64,000 nt of DNA from Chlorokybus atmophyticus. Taxonomy: Eukaryota; Plantae; Mesostigma and Chlorokybus algae. The translations under genes and the position numbers were made by a program. This document shows, piece by piece, positions 1 to 9,423 of the stretch. The first letter of the stretch is position 1, and every line of letters begins with the position of its first letter. The stretch lies in assembly GCA_009103225.1 (NCBI GenBank), contig RHPI01002368.1, positions 1-64,000 on the forward strand. The letters are read 5' to 3'. The notes beneath the pieces were generated by a model. It did no database searches. It saw nothing but the letters and a program-made list of their open reading frames with translations, and was not told the origin of the DNA.

Positions 1-154
1 ACGCATGCTATTATACACCACGAGACCATGTCATGCTGCCTCATGCACCATCTCTCATCACATGAAGTTGACACACGCATGAAAGCTGCGTGTCACCACC
101 CCCTGCAGCTGAGCGCCAACGCTCTCGTGCGCCTTCAGCTGACTTACACGCTAC

Positions 155-1090
155 TCAAGTCCTCGTACACGCTGGACAATACCATGTCCCATTAGGGATC
201 TCCTCAACTGGTGGACGAAGGCACTCCATGTGCCAACCGGCAACACACCTGTCGCACAGCAGCATGGTGTCCCAGCCTTCCGCTCGGCCACACCGCTCAC
301 AACGATGGCCCACATCTGGTATTGCCAGAGCCGGATCCACACTGTCATCCACGTTTGGCAGATGGCAAGGAGCGCGGCTCTTCATGTGCTCCTTGGTGGT
401 CCTGGCATCAGCTCCCTCTAACAACAACACACCGTTGTTGAGAAGCTTCTTCACACGAAGGATGGTGCGGCTCGCACTCGTATCCAGCGTGTCCTTGGTC
501 TTTCTCTGCAGGTACACAAAGTCTCCGGGCTGAAACTTCTGCAGTCTTGGCTTGTTGAAGCCACTCCTCACCCTGGCATAGCGCAGCATGTCGCGGTGTT
601 GTGCCACTTGCAAGTTGCCGAGTGCAATCGGCATCACACACCGGAACAGCTCCGCACGCTTTGCCATCTCCCTCTCCCACACATTGGGATCCTCCAAGTC
701 AAGCTCTTGCTCAACCTGTCTCCGAATTGATGTTGGCAATATGGGCTCTCTCCCATACAACAAAAAATAGGGGCTGTATGAGCTCAACGCAGCCTGCCGC
801 GTCATGCGATAGCCCATTGCTAACCATGGCAACGCCAAGTCCCAGTCTCTCTTGTTGTGGTTGAGACAGTACTTGCGAAGCCCTTTCTTCACCACCTGTA
901 CCATTCGCTCAGCAAGCCCATTGGCTTGAGGATGGTCACGAGAAGTTCTTCGATGGTCGATAAAGGCTTGCGCCAACAAGTCATCGAACTGGCCACGAAA
1001 CTCGGTGCCTTGGTCAGTGAGAACCTCAGCACAAGCACCGAATCTGCTAAGGACTTGATCAAGGAAAGCTTCACAAGCTTGCTCTCCTTC
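155..1090 (-). CDS. Integrase core/C-terminus ending in a PHD finger (continues after frameshift)
   Basis: TDQGTEFRG, HPQANGLAER, SPYFLLYGREP; terminal C4HC3: CERC..LLCDRC..WHMECL..WYCPAC; stop at 155-157. Confidence 0.92.
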   Translation of the reverse strand, partial: EGEQACEAFLDQVLSRFGACAEVLTDQGTEFRGQFDDLLAQAFIDHRRTSRDHPQANGLAERMVQVVKKGLRKYCLNHNKRDWDLALPWLAMGYRMTRQAALSSYSPYFLLYGREPILPTSIRRQVEQELDLEDPNVWEREMAKRAELFRCVMPIALGNLQVAQHRDMLRYARVRSGFNKPRLQKFQPGDFVYLQRKTKDTLDTSASRTILRVKKLLNNGVLLLEGADARTTKEHMKSRAPCHLPNVDDSVDPALAIPDVGHRCERCGRAEGWDTMLLCDRCVAGWHMECLRPPVEEIPNGTWYCPACTRT

Positions 1091-3459
1091 GATGGCAGCG
1101 CCACGACCTCGACCCACTTGGAGAAGTGCTCTATCATCACGAGCACGTAGCGGTTGCCTCTCTTGCTGACTGGTAGATCTCCGGCCAGGTTTAGGCTCCA
1201 CCGATAGAAAAGTCCTTGAATAGGTAGAGGGTGCAGCTGTGGGTGCTTGGCATTGAAGCTTGCCTTCACTCTGTCGCACTCCACACAGCTTGCAACAACT
1301 TCCGCCACGGTAGACTTCATGCCAGCCCACCAATATGCTGATTGCACGAGCCCAAGTGTCCTCTTGACACCAAAGTGGCCCATCCTCTCATGAAGCAGCT
1401 CCACAAGCGGCTTCCTCTCATGTGGTTGAGGCACAATCCTCACACCTCCATCCGGCATCAAGCGCACAAGGTGGTTTCCCTCCCATCGATAGCGTTGCGC
1501 GCGTTGCCACACGCGATCTCGCGTCGCCGTGCTGCAACCAGCTTGGAACAGCCCGGTTTTGAGGTGAGCAAGCACTTGCTCATCCCTCCAAATGTCCTTT
1601 GAAGCCTCGGCTTCCTCCCCTTCAATGTCATTGACCGTTGGGGCTGGTGCAGCCTCCAAAGGCGGCATTACACCATTGTTGTCGCTCTCTCCAGCTGCGT
1701 TTGCGCGCATGGATGCGCATGCTTCCACCGAACCCGCCAACACCAGCAAAGAAGCCACACGGTAGGCCAAAAACCCAGCCACGGGCATGCCATAGTCATG
1801 CCTCGCCTCACTCTCATCCAACGATGAAGGGTTTGGGTTCCTACTCAGCCCATCCGCGTCCATGTTGTCAACACCAGCTCGGTGCTCAATCTCAAACTCA
1901 TACTCTTGCAGTATGAGCGCCCACCTGGCATGCTTCCCCGTGAGCTTGTCATTGGTCATCAACCACTTCAAGGGCTGGTGGTCGGTGATGAGTGTGAAGG
2001 GACGGCCATAGAGGAACGGTCTGAAGTGAACTATGGCCCAAACTACTGCCAAACACTCCCCCTCATAGGAGCTGTAGTTTGCCTCAGCGTTATTGTTGCT
2101 TCGGCTGCCATACGCGACCACATACTCCTTCCCATCATCATCCTTTTGACACAACACGGCCCCAATGCCCAAACGGCTCCAATCCGTGTGTAGAATGAAG
2201 GGACGGTTGTAGTCCGCCCGTCTCAACACCGGCGCGGTGCATAGCTTCTCCTTGAGAAGCTCAAAGGCACGTTGGCACTCCTCCGACCAGCACCAGGCCT
2301 TGTCCTTCTTCAACAACTCATTTAAGGGCTTTGCAATCTTGCTATACCCCTCCACGAACCTCCGATAGTAGTTCGCCAAGCCGAGAAACGCTCGAAGCCG
2401 GCTAATGTCCGTCGGTGCGGGCACTTGCACCAAGGCATCCACCTTTGCTTGCTGCACACGGACGCCATCCGGCACTATCTCATGGCCGAGATACGGGATG
2501 CGATCAGCTCCAAACAAGCACTTCTCCGGGTGACACCTCATGCCGCTCTCGCGCACGCGCTCGAACACGCGCTCCAAGTGCACGAGATGCTCCTCCATCG
2601 TGTGGCTAAACACCAAGATGTCATCTATGTAGCACCTTGCGAAGGGTAGACCACGAAGCACACGGTCCATCACACGCTGAAACTTCACAGGCGCATTCTT
2701 CAAGCCGAACGGCATGACCTTCCATTGGTAGAGCTGGTCCACTCCCCAAAACGCTGTCTTGCCACGATCCTCGGGCTTGATGGCGATCTGGTTGAAGCCC
2801 TGCCTCAAGTCCACGATGGAGAACACCTTTGCATCACCGATGTCATCAAAGATAGCCTCAGGGATAGGCATGGGGTACCGATCAGCCTTGGTCTTTTCAT
2901 TGAGAGGCCGATAGTCACCACACATCCTTCTCGAGGTCCAGTTTCCTTGTGCATCATTCTTCAACGGCAACACCGTCGCCGCCCCGAAGTCCGAGGTTGA
3001 CTCCTCAATGAGTCCGGCCTCCAACAAGTCAGCACACTTTTCTGCCACAAACTCCTTCTCCACCTTGCTCAGCCGATACTGCCGACGAAAGATGGGCTCT
3101 GGAGAGGTAAGCTCAATGTCCATTGTGTAGAAGTTGCAAACTCCCAACTCCTTGGTAGAGTAGGCGAAGCAGTCACGCTTGCGCGCCAGCAACGCCTCGA
3201 GCCACTCACGCTCATGTGGTGTCACATGCTCGCCTATACACCACTCCATGGTCTGGTCGGTGGCCTTCTCCTGCTTCAAGGCACCATCTACAGCCGCTTT
3301 CTTGCCACTTGCAGCTGTCACAGGTGAACAAGACACCCCCTTACTCCTCATCATGTACAACCTGCTCCCACCCCCTCGACAGAGGCGCAGGCTCCCGACG
3401 CGCTTGCTGTCGCATCGGCATGATGCTTGCCACCAATTCTTGTGCCGCCAAGCAGACAA
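889..3459 (-). CDS. Reverse transcriptase, RNase H and integrase N-terminus
   Basis: FSIVDLRQGFNQI, MPFGLKNAP, YIDDIL, YLGH, FLGLANYYRRFV, TDWS, integrase zinc finger and first catalytic region WSLNLAG. Confidence 0.95.
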   Translation of the reverse strand: MSAWRHKNWWQASCRCDSKRVGSLRLCRGGGSRLYMMRSKGVSCSPVTAASGKKAAVDGALKQEKATDQTMEWCIGEHVTPHEREWLEALLARKRDCFAYSTKELGVCNFYTMDIELTSPEPIFRRQYRLSKVEKEFVAEKCADLLEAGLIEESTSDFGAATVLPLKNDAQGNWTSRRMCGDYRPLNEKTKADRYPMPIPEAIFDDIGDAKVFSIVDLRQGFNQIAIKPEDRGKTAFWGVDQLYQWKVMPFGLKNAPVKFQRVMDRVLRGLPFARCYIDDILVFSHTMEEHLVHLERVFERVRESGMRCHPEKCLFGADRIPYLGHEIVPDGVRVQQAKVDALVQVPAPTDISRLRAFLGLANYYRRFVEGYSKIAKPLNELLKKDKAWCWSEECQRAFELLKEKLCTAPVLRRADYNRPFILHTDWSRLGIGAVLCQKDDDGKEYVVAYGSRSNNNAEANYSSYEGECLAVVWAIVHFRPFLYGRPFTLITDHQPLKWLMTNDKLTGKHARWALILQEYEFEIEHRAGVDNMDADGLSRNPNPSSLDESEARHDYGMPVAGFLAYRVASLLVLAGSVEACASMRANAAGESDNNGVMPPLEAAPAPTVNDIEGEEAEASKDIWRDEQVLAHLKTGLFQAGCSTATRDRVWQRAQRYRWEGNHLVRLMPDGGVRIVPQPHERKPLVELLHERMGHFGVKRTLGLVQSAYWWAGMKSTVAEVVASCVECDRVKASFNAKHPQLHPLPIQGLFYRWSLNLAGDLPVSKRGNRYVLVMIEHFSKWVEVVALPSKESKLVKLSLIKSLADSVLVLRFSLTKAPSFVASSMTCWRKPLSTIEELLVTILKPMGLLSEWYRW

Positions 3460-3721
3460 CCATCAGCCACACCATGCTGTTCTGGTCCATGGCTTGTCCT
3501 AGCAGCACACGGCGCTGTTGTTCACTTAGTCCCGGCGCCGCTGTCGCACCGGACAAGAACCCCATCGCACGCTCGCGCTCACCAGCTGTTGGCTCTTCCA
3601 ACCTGCTGTTCTGTGAGTCCCACACCAGCCCTGGCCCTCCCTTGCGGAATGCATAAGAGCCTGGGTATGTCACCAATGTCGGCAGCGCCGCCATGTCGTG
3701 CCCGACCTGGTTCACCACCTC
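3341..3721 (-). pseudogene. C-terminal part of the retroelement methyltransferase (motifs IX-X), in frame after a premature stop
   Basis: Same frame as 3722..7228; PTLVTYP, ERERAMGF, LGQAMD correspond to C5-MTase motifs IX and X. Confidence 0.85.
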
Positions 3722-6700
3722 TTAAGGCGGCCGATCAGCCTTGCTGACCTGTTGTGCTGTGCGCCCATGCTCCAGCACCTGGTTGACTGTCAAACCTTGC
3801 GGTCTAGAGTACTCTTGCTGCACCGTGCGAAGCAACTCAACCGGCGCGAGGTTTGTCCACTTCACACGCAGCCGATGCGCGCGCGAACCATGCCGTGCCG
3901 CATCCATGACCAGCTCATGGCCTAGCACATGTCTCACCAGCTGATAGTCCTCTCGCACGCGCTTGCGCTTGTCATCTTCAGCTGGTACATTCTCGACGAT
4001 GTACGCCATGGGCTGCTCTTGTCCTTGGTGAATCATGTTGATGATGCGCACTAACTCCCAAAACAATGACGAGCGCGCATCCATCAATCCTTTGCCATGA
4101 CCAGCCCGTGAATGCCCTTGGCAATCCCACCCGGCTACAAGCAAATCCACATGGCCGATAGCTGCAAGTTGATGTGGCCCTATCAAGCAAATGTCTTGCG
4201 GCCATGTGCTTTGAAAACCCTTCACCGCATCCTCATGTAGCAGATCTGGATACTTCTTCAACAACATCCTCACATGATATTGTGCACCTTGTTGCGCCGT
4301 TGGCGAAGGGTCCACATAGATATAGCGCCGCACCTTGATGCCGGCGTTCAACGCGGCCGCAAGCCCACTTGCAATGCCATCAAATAGCTCTACCATCACA
4401 ACACCCTCCTCGGGGACCTTCCACTCGACGGTGCTGTAGTTGATAGGCGGATGAACAGCTCTCACACCCTCGGGCATTAATGGCGGCTCCAATGCCATCA
4501 CATCCTTCATCCATGCTTGGCTAACCTTGTCTTGAGCCTCTTGTTGCCGCTGAGCACGATGTTGTGAAGCCAACTCCAGCTCTTGTGACTGAGTTTGCGC
4601 CATATAGACCAGCTCCGGAGGTCTCCCCTCCTCCATGTGTGCGAGGACACTCTCCCCCTCCTCCACATGGTCATAGTACATGTCGGTGCTGTCACCAAGC
4701 CATCCCTTGACTGAACGGCGACTCAAGCACGCCCACACAGCAGATGCAGAGGTTGGAGACCTCTCAAGACCCCCTTGTGTGATGCTCAACGGAAAATAGG
4801 CCTTCTCCCCTCCACCCACACGCCAACGCGGCCGAAAGAACCCTTGTTCGATCCAATTGTCAACGCCGCCGCCGACGGGGAACAAGAAGTCTTGTCCGAG
4901 CAGCACATCGTACCCCTTTGCATCCGTGATGAGGCATCGAACCTTGAAGGACGTGGTAGCACCTCCCACCGCAGTCAAGCATATGTCCACCGGCTGCACC
5001 GTTATGCCGCACACGGCCTCTACGGTCCCCGCCGAGGTATTGATCATGACCGGGCATGGCTCCCACTCCTTGGGGCTGAGTCCCATCCCCTTGACAGCTC
5101 TAGCACCCAAAATGACAGGTTGTGCACCTGTATCCACCAAGACAACATCTGGCACGAAGCCGTCTAGGCTGATGTGCCCCCCACGGTTGTCCACCATCGC
5201 CACATTCGGCGATATCTTCTCTCTCAAGGCCGGCCGAGTGGCGGGAAGCATTGCCAACATCCCTCCTACACTCCCCACACCTTCCTCCAGCTTGTCTTCA
5301 AGCTGAGTGAGAGAACTCGACGCCGACGCGGACCCCTCGGGCGCCGCCAGCTCCGCGCGCGCAACCATACGGCCTGCTTGCGCCACCATATCTTCATGAG
5401 ACTTGCTCATATGGTCATGAGACTTTGTCGAGGCAGTCCTAGTGGTGTCTAGAGCACTTTGCAACAGCTCCATCACGTGTTCCTTGCTGACTCCAAGGTC
5501 CTTCAAGCAAACAAGCGGCTGCCCGACCAGCTCCGCCGCAACGCTCTCCAACGGCGCCGTCAACTCCAAGTTTTCTTCATTGGCTTGAGTTGCGGGCTGT
5601 TGGGAAAGCATCTTGGCACCCTCGAGAAGCTTTACACACATCTGTAGCAGCTCCCCCACTCTCTTGTGCTCACCACCGCCACCGACGCCGACATCATGTC
5701 GCGCCGTTGCCGTAGCAGTCGGCTGCACTTTCGCACCCTCCGAGCGCGAACTCTCTTGCTCCAACGGGGTTGTTGGCAGCAACTTAAATGACATAGGCAT
5801 GCGTGCAGCTGGTGCCCGCATCCTATCATGATCCACACCCTCCTCGCGGACGGGCGCGGCCTCCTCCTCAACCATCCTAGTCGGGGGAGCTGGTGCAGCG
5901 TTTCGGCGTGCCGACGCTCTCGTCGTCGCAACCGCTGCCACCTTAGTGCCTCCGGAGAGCGCACTATACGCGAGGTAACCTCCGGAGCTGCTTGGCTTAT
6001 CCTCCGCTCCTCTCTCGGGCCATTTCCCTCGCTCGAGCATGCTCTTCAACGATGCATACTCCGATTGCATTGCCGCCAATGCCTTTGTCACCTCCGACAT
6101 TGATGGCTCCGCTCTCACACTCGAGTGAGCTCCGACTGCCGCTCCTTGTTGTGGACGCAGCTCTGGATGCTTACTCCAACACTTGGCATCAACATGCCCA
6201 CCCTTCTTGCAATGAGAGCACACCACCTTCTTGCCTTTCCCACAATCCCTTGCAATATGGCCTTGCTCTCCACACGACCAGCATTTGGCACCCGACACAC
6301 CTTCCACAACCGCGTTGTTGGCATGCTTGAACTCCTTTGGCTTCCCACCAGCTGCCTTGCTTGCCGCCGATGTTGCCGCGGGCTTGGAAGAGCTCTTCTC
6401 CTCCGAAATCTCAAGCAACTTCAACCCCCGACGCTGTCGGTCAATGTTCTTGAGGTACTCATGCTGAATTTCTGCCGTCTCGGCCACCTTGAAGACATCC
6501 GCAAGCGTGTATGTGCCAAACTCGGACTGAGTGGTCAACATGGTCTCCACCTTCAGCCTCAAGTCCGCCTCTAGTTGTTGAAGGTACACAACCGCCGCGG
6601 TCTGATCCGTCATCACCTTGTAGTCCGTGTCCGTCAAGAGCTTGAGCATGCGCGTATACATCATCCTCGCCGTCTCCCCGGCGTTGCGCTTGAAGAAACT

Positions 6701-7228
6701 CAGCTCACGAACCTTGGCGGGTGTTGATTGTGGGTAGGTCTTCCTCAAGAGCGCCTTGAACTCAGTCACGGGCTGCTCCTTCTTCCACTCCGCTTCAAAC
6801 GGAGCCGGTGCGCCGAGCCGCAACGCCCTCTCCCTCACCTCCAGCTGCTCCTTGAACTCTCTCCACGTGCCAAGGGCTTCATCCTTGAGGTATAGCGGCA
6901 ACATCTTGAAGGCTTTGTGCTCGTCCCACCCCGACTTGTCCCGATACTCCCACTTGACCATCTCGGAGTCGAAGCGGTCAATGAAGTCGCGTAGGTCCGC
7001 CGTGCCGGGCCTCCCACTGAATCTCGGTGTGCTATCCATGGTTGAAGCTGAATCAGGCATCTCTCCACCCTCGTCCTCGATGTCGGACTCCTCGTCACTC
7101 GACAACTCCACCTCTTCGGCGACGCCCTCCACCACCGGAGTGATCGTCCCTCTCGGCGCTCTTCTCTTCAAAGCCGCCTTCGTGGGTCTCACGTGCCAGT
7201 CCTCACCAGATCTCAAAGGCATGAACAC
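3722..7228 (-). CDS. Gag + aspartic protease + N-terminal part of DNA cytosine-5 methyltransferase (1168 aa ORF)
   Basis: PRFSG gag motif, two CCHC-type knuckles, LVDTGAQPVILG, then ELFDGIASG, AGWDCQG, ENV, RAHRLR. Confidence 0.9.
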   Translation of the reverse strand: MFMPLRSGEDWHVRPTKAALKRRAPRGTITPVVEGVAEEVELSSDEESDIEDEGGEMPDSASTMDSTPRFSGRPGTADLRDFIDRFDSEMVKWEYRDKSGWDEHKAFKMLPLYLKDEALGTWREFKEQLEVRERALRLGAPAPFEAEWKKEQPVTEFKALLRKTYPQSTPAKVRELSFFKRNAGETARMMYTRMLKLLTDTDYKVMTDQTAAVVYLQQLEADLRLKVETMLTTQSEFGTYTLADVFKVAETAEIQHEYLKNIDRQRRGLKLLEISEEKSSSKPAATSAASKAAGGKPKEFKHANNAVVEGVSGAKCWSCGEQGHIARDCGKGKKVVCSHCKKGGHVDAKCWSKHPELRPQQGAAVGAHSSVRAEPSMSEVTKALAAMQSEYASLKSMLERGKWPERGAEDKPSSSGGYLAYSALSGGTKVAAVATTRASARRNAAPAPPTRMVEEEAAPVREEGVDHDRMRAPAARMPMSFKLLPTTPLEQESSRSEGAKVQPTATATARHDVGVGGGGEHKRVGELLQMCVKLLEGAKMLSQQPATQANEENLELTAPLESVAAELVGQPLVCLKDLGVSKEHVMELLQSALDTTRTASTKSHDHMSKSHEDMVAQAGRMVARAELAAPEGSASASSSLTQLEDKLEEGVGSVGGMLAMLPATRPALREKISPNVAMVDNRGGHISLDGFVPDVVLVDTGAQPVILGARAVKGMGLSPKEWEPCPVMINTSAGTVEAVCGITVQPVDICLTAVGGATTSFKVRCLITDAKGYDVLLGQDFLFPVGGGVDNWIEQGFFRPRWRVGGGEKAYFPLSITQGGLERSPTSASAVWACLSRRSVKGWLGDSTDMYYDHVEEGESVLAHMEEGRPPELVYMAQTQSQELELASQHRAQRQQEAQDKVSQAWMKDVMALEPPLMPEGVRAVHPPINYSTVEWKVPEEGVVMVELFDGIASGLAAALNAGIKVRRYIYVDPSPTAQQGAQYHVRMLLKKYPDLLHEDAVKGFQSTWPQDICLIGPHQLAAIGHVDLLVAGWDCQGHSRAGHGKGLMDARSSLFWELVRIINMIHQGQEQPMAYIVENVPAEDDKRKRVREDYQLVRHVLGHELVMDAARHGSRAHRLRVKWTNLAPVELLRTVQQEYSRPQGLTVNQVLEHGRTAQQVSKADRPP

Positions 7229-8099
7229 GCCTGCAACTCGCTTCTACCTCGAGCAAACTCAGCTGATGGGTTGGATGCAAGTGAAAGATGCGTGTCCCCT
7301 TGCAAAAGGTAGGCAAGTAAACCACAACTTGACTTGCAATCAGCCGTTCACTTGTGTAGAGCAGTCCCAACTCAATCCTCACTCAAAATACATGCTAAGG
7401 CAGCCCATACGGTGCATCAAAGTCGCAACAGTGACACACACCCCTTCATGCACAGCAACGCACAGCAGCGAACACGTGCACACACGCCATACATGCAAGC
7501 ATGTGCACACGCATCCGCTCAGCCAAGAACCTCTTCCCAAAGGTGTTGCTTGCACTCCAGTAGGCCAACTTGCATCCAACCAAACTAGGAAACAAGCTAG
7601 CAAAGCCTTATATACCACCGTTGAGCTCAAGCCCAACCAACTCTCCAACTACCCTAACTGTCAATCTGCACCAGCATAGTAACAGTCATGGTGGCGTTGA
7701 TAAGTAACAGTAAACAGTTAGGAAAGGCTTATCCAAGCTCATCCTCTTCAAGTACACTTCAAGACGCATCTTTTGACGCCAACCCATGGCCAAACCGCCA
7801 CTTCAACTGTAAGTTACGGCTTCTCAAAGTCACAACTCCGAAACAGCTGTGCGAGATACCATAGTGACCCAAATATGCTGTCAGCTCCGTATCTGACTGT
7901 AGATACGCCTCGAACACACCTCCCTCACGTCCATGAGGACCCAAACATGAGTTCCCAATGAAAACCCAACACATAAACCCTGTAAAATGGCTATGAGAGC
8001 CAAAATACCAAGGTCCATCCATGTCGCCAGCCCCGAGGGCATCATGCACATGACACTACATGCTCGCGCATGACAGATGTTGATAATAAGCAGACTATT

Positions 8100-9050
8100 C
8101 AGTTACAGTTTCTGCTAACGTATGTTACCAGAGCAGCTTGTGCTCTTGCTGGCGTAGTTGTAGGGCTCGTCTTAACTGCAGCTGCTGCTCCACCCTGCAG
8201 CAACATGTCATCTACTCATGTGTTACGAGCTTGCACAGCCTCAAAGCTTCCCCCATTTCAACCTGTGCGCCAGTAGCCGCCTGCGACTGGTTGCCAAAGC
8301 CTTCACCGGAGTCCCTGCCAGAAGAGGAAGGTGCCGACTTGTTGCTGCCTTTCCCAAAGTCTCTCTTGCGTTTCTTGCGAGCCTCCTCCTCTGCTACTTG
8401 TTCTATGCACGTCAACTACTAGGTAAGGTATTTGTACCACAAGGAGACACACAAACGCACGCGTGCATGGGATTGTTTACTGGCTAAGGTCTTCAAGAGT
8501 TGTTCCGCCGCAAACAACTGCAGGGTTGACCATGCAACATTGTCATAAAAAGATCACCTTGACAAGCAGAGCTGCAAAAGAGCTACCACCTTGTTTGGAT
8601 GTTTCTTCAGCTCATTGAGGTTCGCTAATATGTTCTTCTTTTTCTCCGTATATTGCCGATTTTGCTCCTTCTTCTTTTCGCAATACTCAGGTTCACCCCT
8701 ATCCTTCGTGGTTTGGCAGACAGTCCAGAACCTACCTCAGACCTGGACCATGACCAGTTACGTTAACCAGTTTGAATTTCCAGCCATGCAACAGTCTGTC
8801 AGCACCATCTTGCTGATTGAATTTCACAAAGGTCACTGTGTTGCTGCTTGATGCAATCATTCACTGACTTAAGGCAACAGAGCTGTTACCTTTTTGGTAG
8901 GCTCGTCCGGGAGATAGAGCATGAGGATAGCCACTGCAAGTTGGTAGTTGAGTGGCGGCTGCTTCCGTTAAGTCTTCTCAAAACGCAGTCCAACATATCT
9001 TTCCATCATCTTGAAGGTAAGTGTGCAATAGAGCTCATCCTTGGTATGCT
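8100..9050 (-). pseudogene. Remnant exons of an unidentified multi-exon gene
   Basis: Charged exon-like segments (EEEARKKRKRDFGKG; EPEYCEKKKEQNRQYTEKKKNILANL) between intron-like sequence; no recognisable domain. Confidence 0.3.
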
Positions 9051-9131
9051 AGCATTTCGCTAATATTTGACAAGTGTTCCCAAAAAACATTGCGAAAAAA
9101 ACAAGTGTTTACATTACCCATTACTATATAC

Positions 9132-9169
9132 AACCCTAACCCTAACCCTAACCCTGACCCTAACCCTAA
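9132..9169 (-). repeat. Interstitial telomere-like repeat (TTAGGG)x6 with one variant unit
   Basis: aaccct aaccct aaccct aaccct gaccct aaccct aa on the + strand. Confidence 0.85.
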
Positions 9170-9423
9170 TACATGCAATGCAAATTAACACGCAGGTGTA
9201 CAGCGTCCATAAACTCTATGGCTCAGCGAGCAAACCCAAATTATCCTGTATCAATGAGAGAATGTGCACGACTTATCACTACGAACAACTTCGTAGCGGC
9301 CTTTGGCCCTTGTAGTTGTCCCCAGCTCTGTAGTAGGAATGTACAGTTCGAAGAGTTTTGAGACCTCTTTGCCTTTGGCAATCCGCAAGAAGTCTACTTC
9401 AACGTGCAACTCAACCTCAAGCT

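Larger units (their letters stand above)
155..7228 (-). mobile_element. Ty3/Gypsy LTR retrotransposon coding region (gag-protease-DNMT-RT-RNaseH-integrase-PHD), slightly decayed
   Basis: Order on minus strand: gag with zinc knuckles (CWSCGEQGHIARDC, CSHCKKGGHVDAKC), protease VDTGA, C5-MTase motifs, RT (RMCGDYRPLN, YIDD), RNase H (TDWS, TDHQPL, ADGLSR), integrase (HERMGH..CVEC, TDQGTEF, NGLAER), PHD. In-frame TAA at 3722-3724; frameshifts near 3340 and 1085. No LTR pair resolved. Confidence 0.95.

Noticed and set aside
6756-7679. 307-aa plus-strand ORF
   Set aside because: Antisense to gag; no recognisable domain.
1-8075. LTR pair for the first Gypsy element
   Set aside because: A purine-rich tract near 100-113 could be a PPT, but sequence 1-100 has no convincing match at 7300-8100; the short resemblance at about 7283-7305 is too weak.
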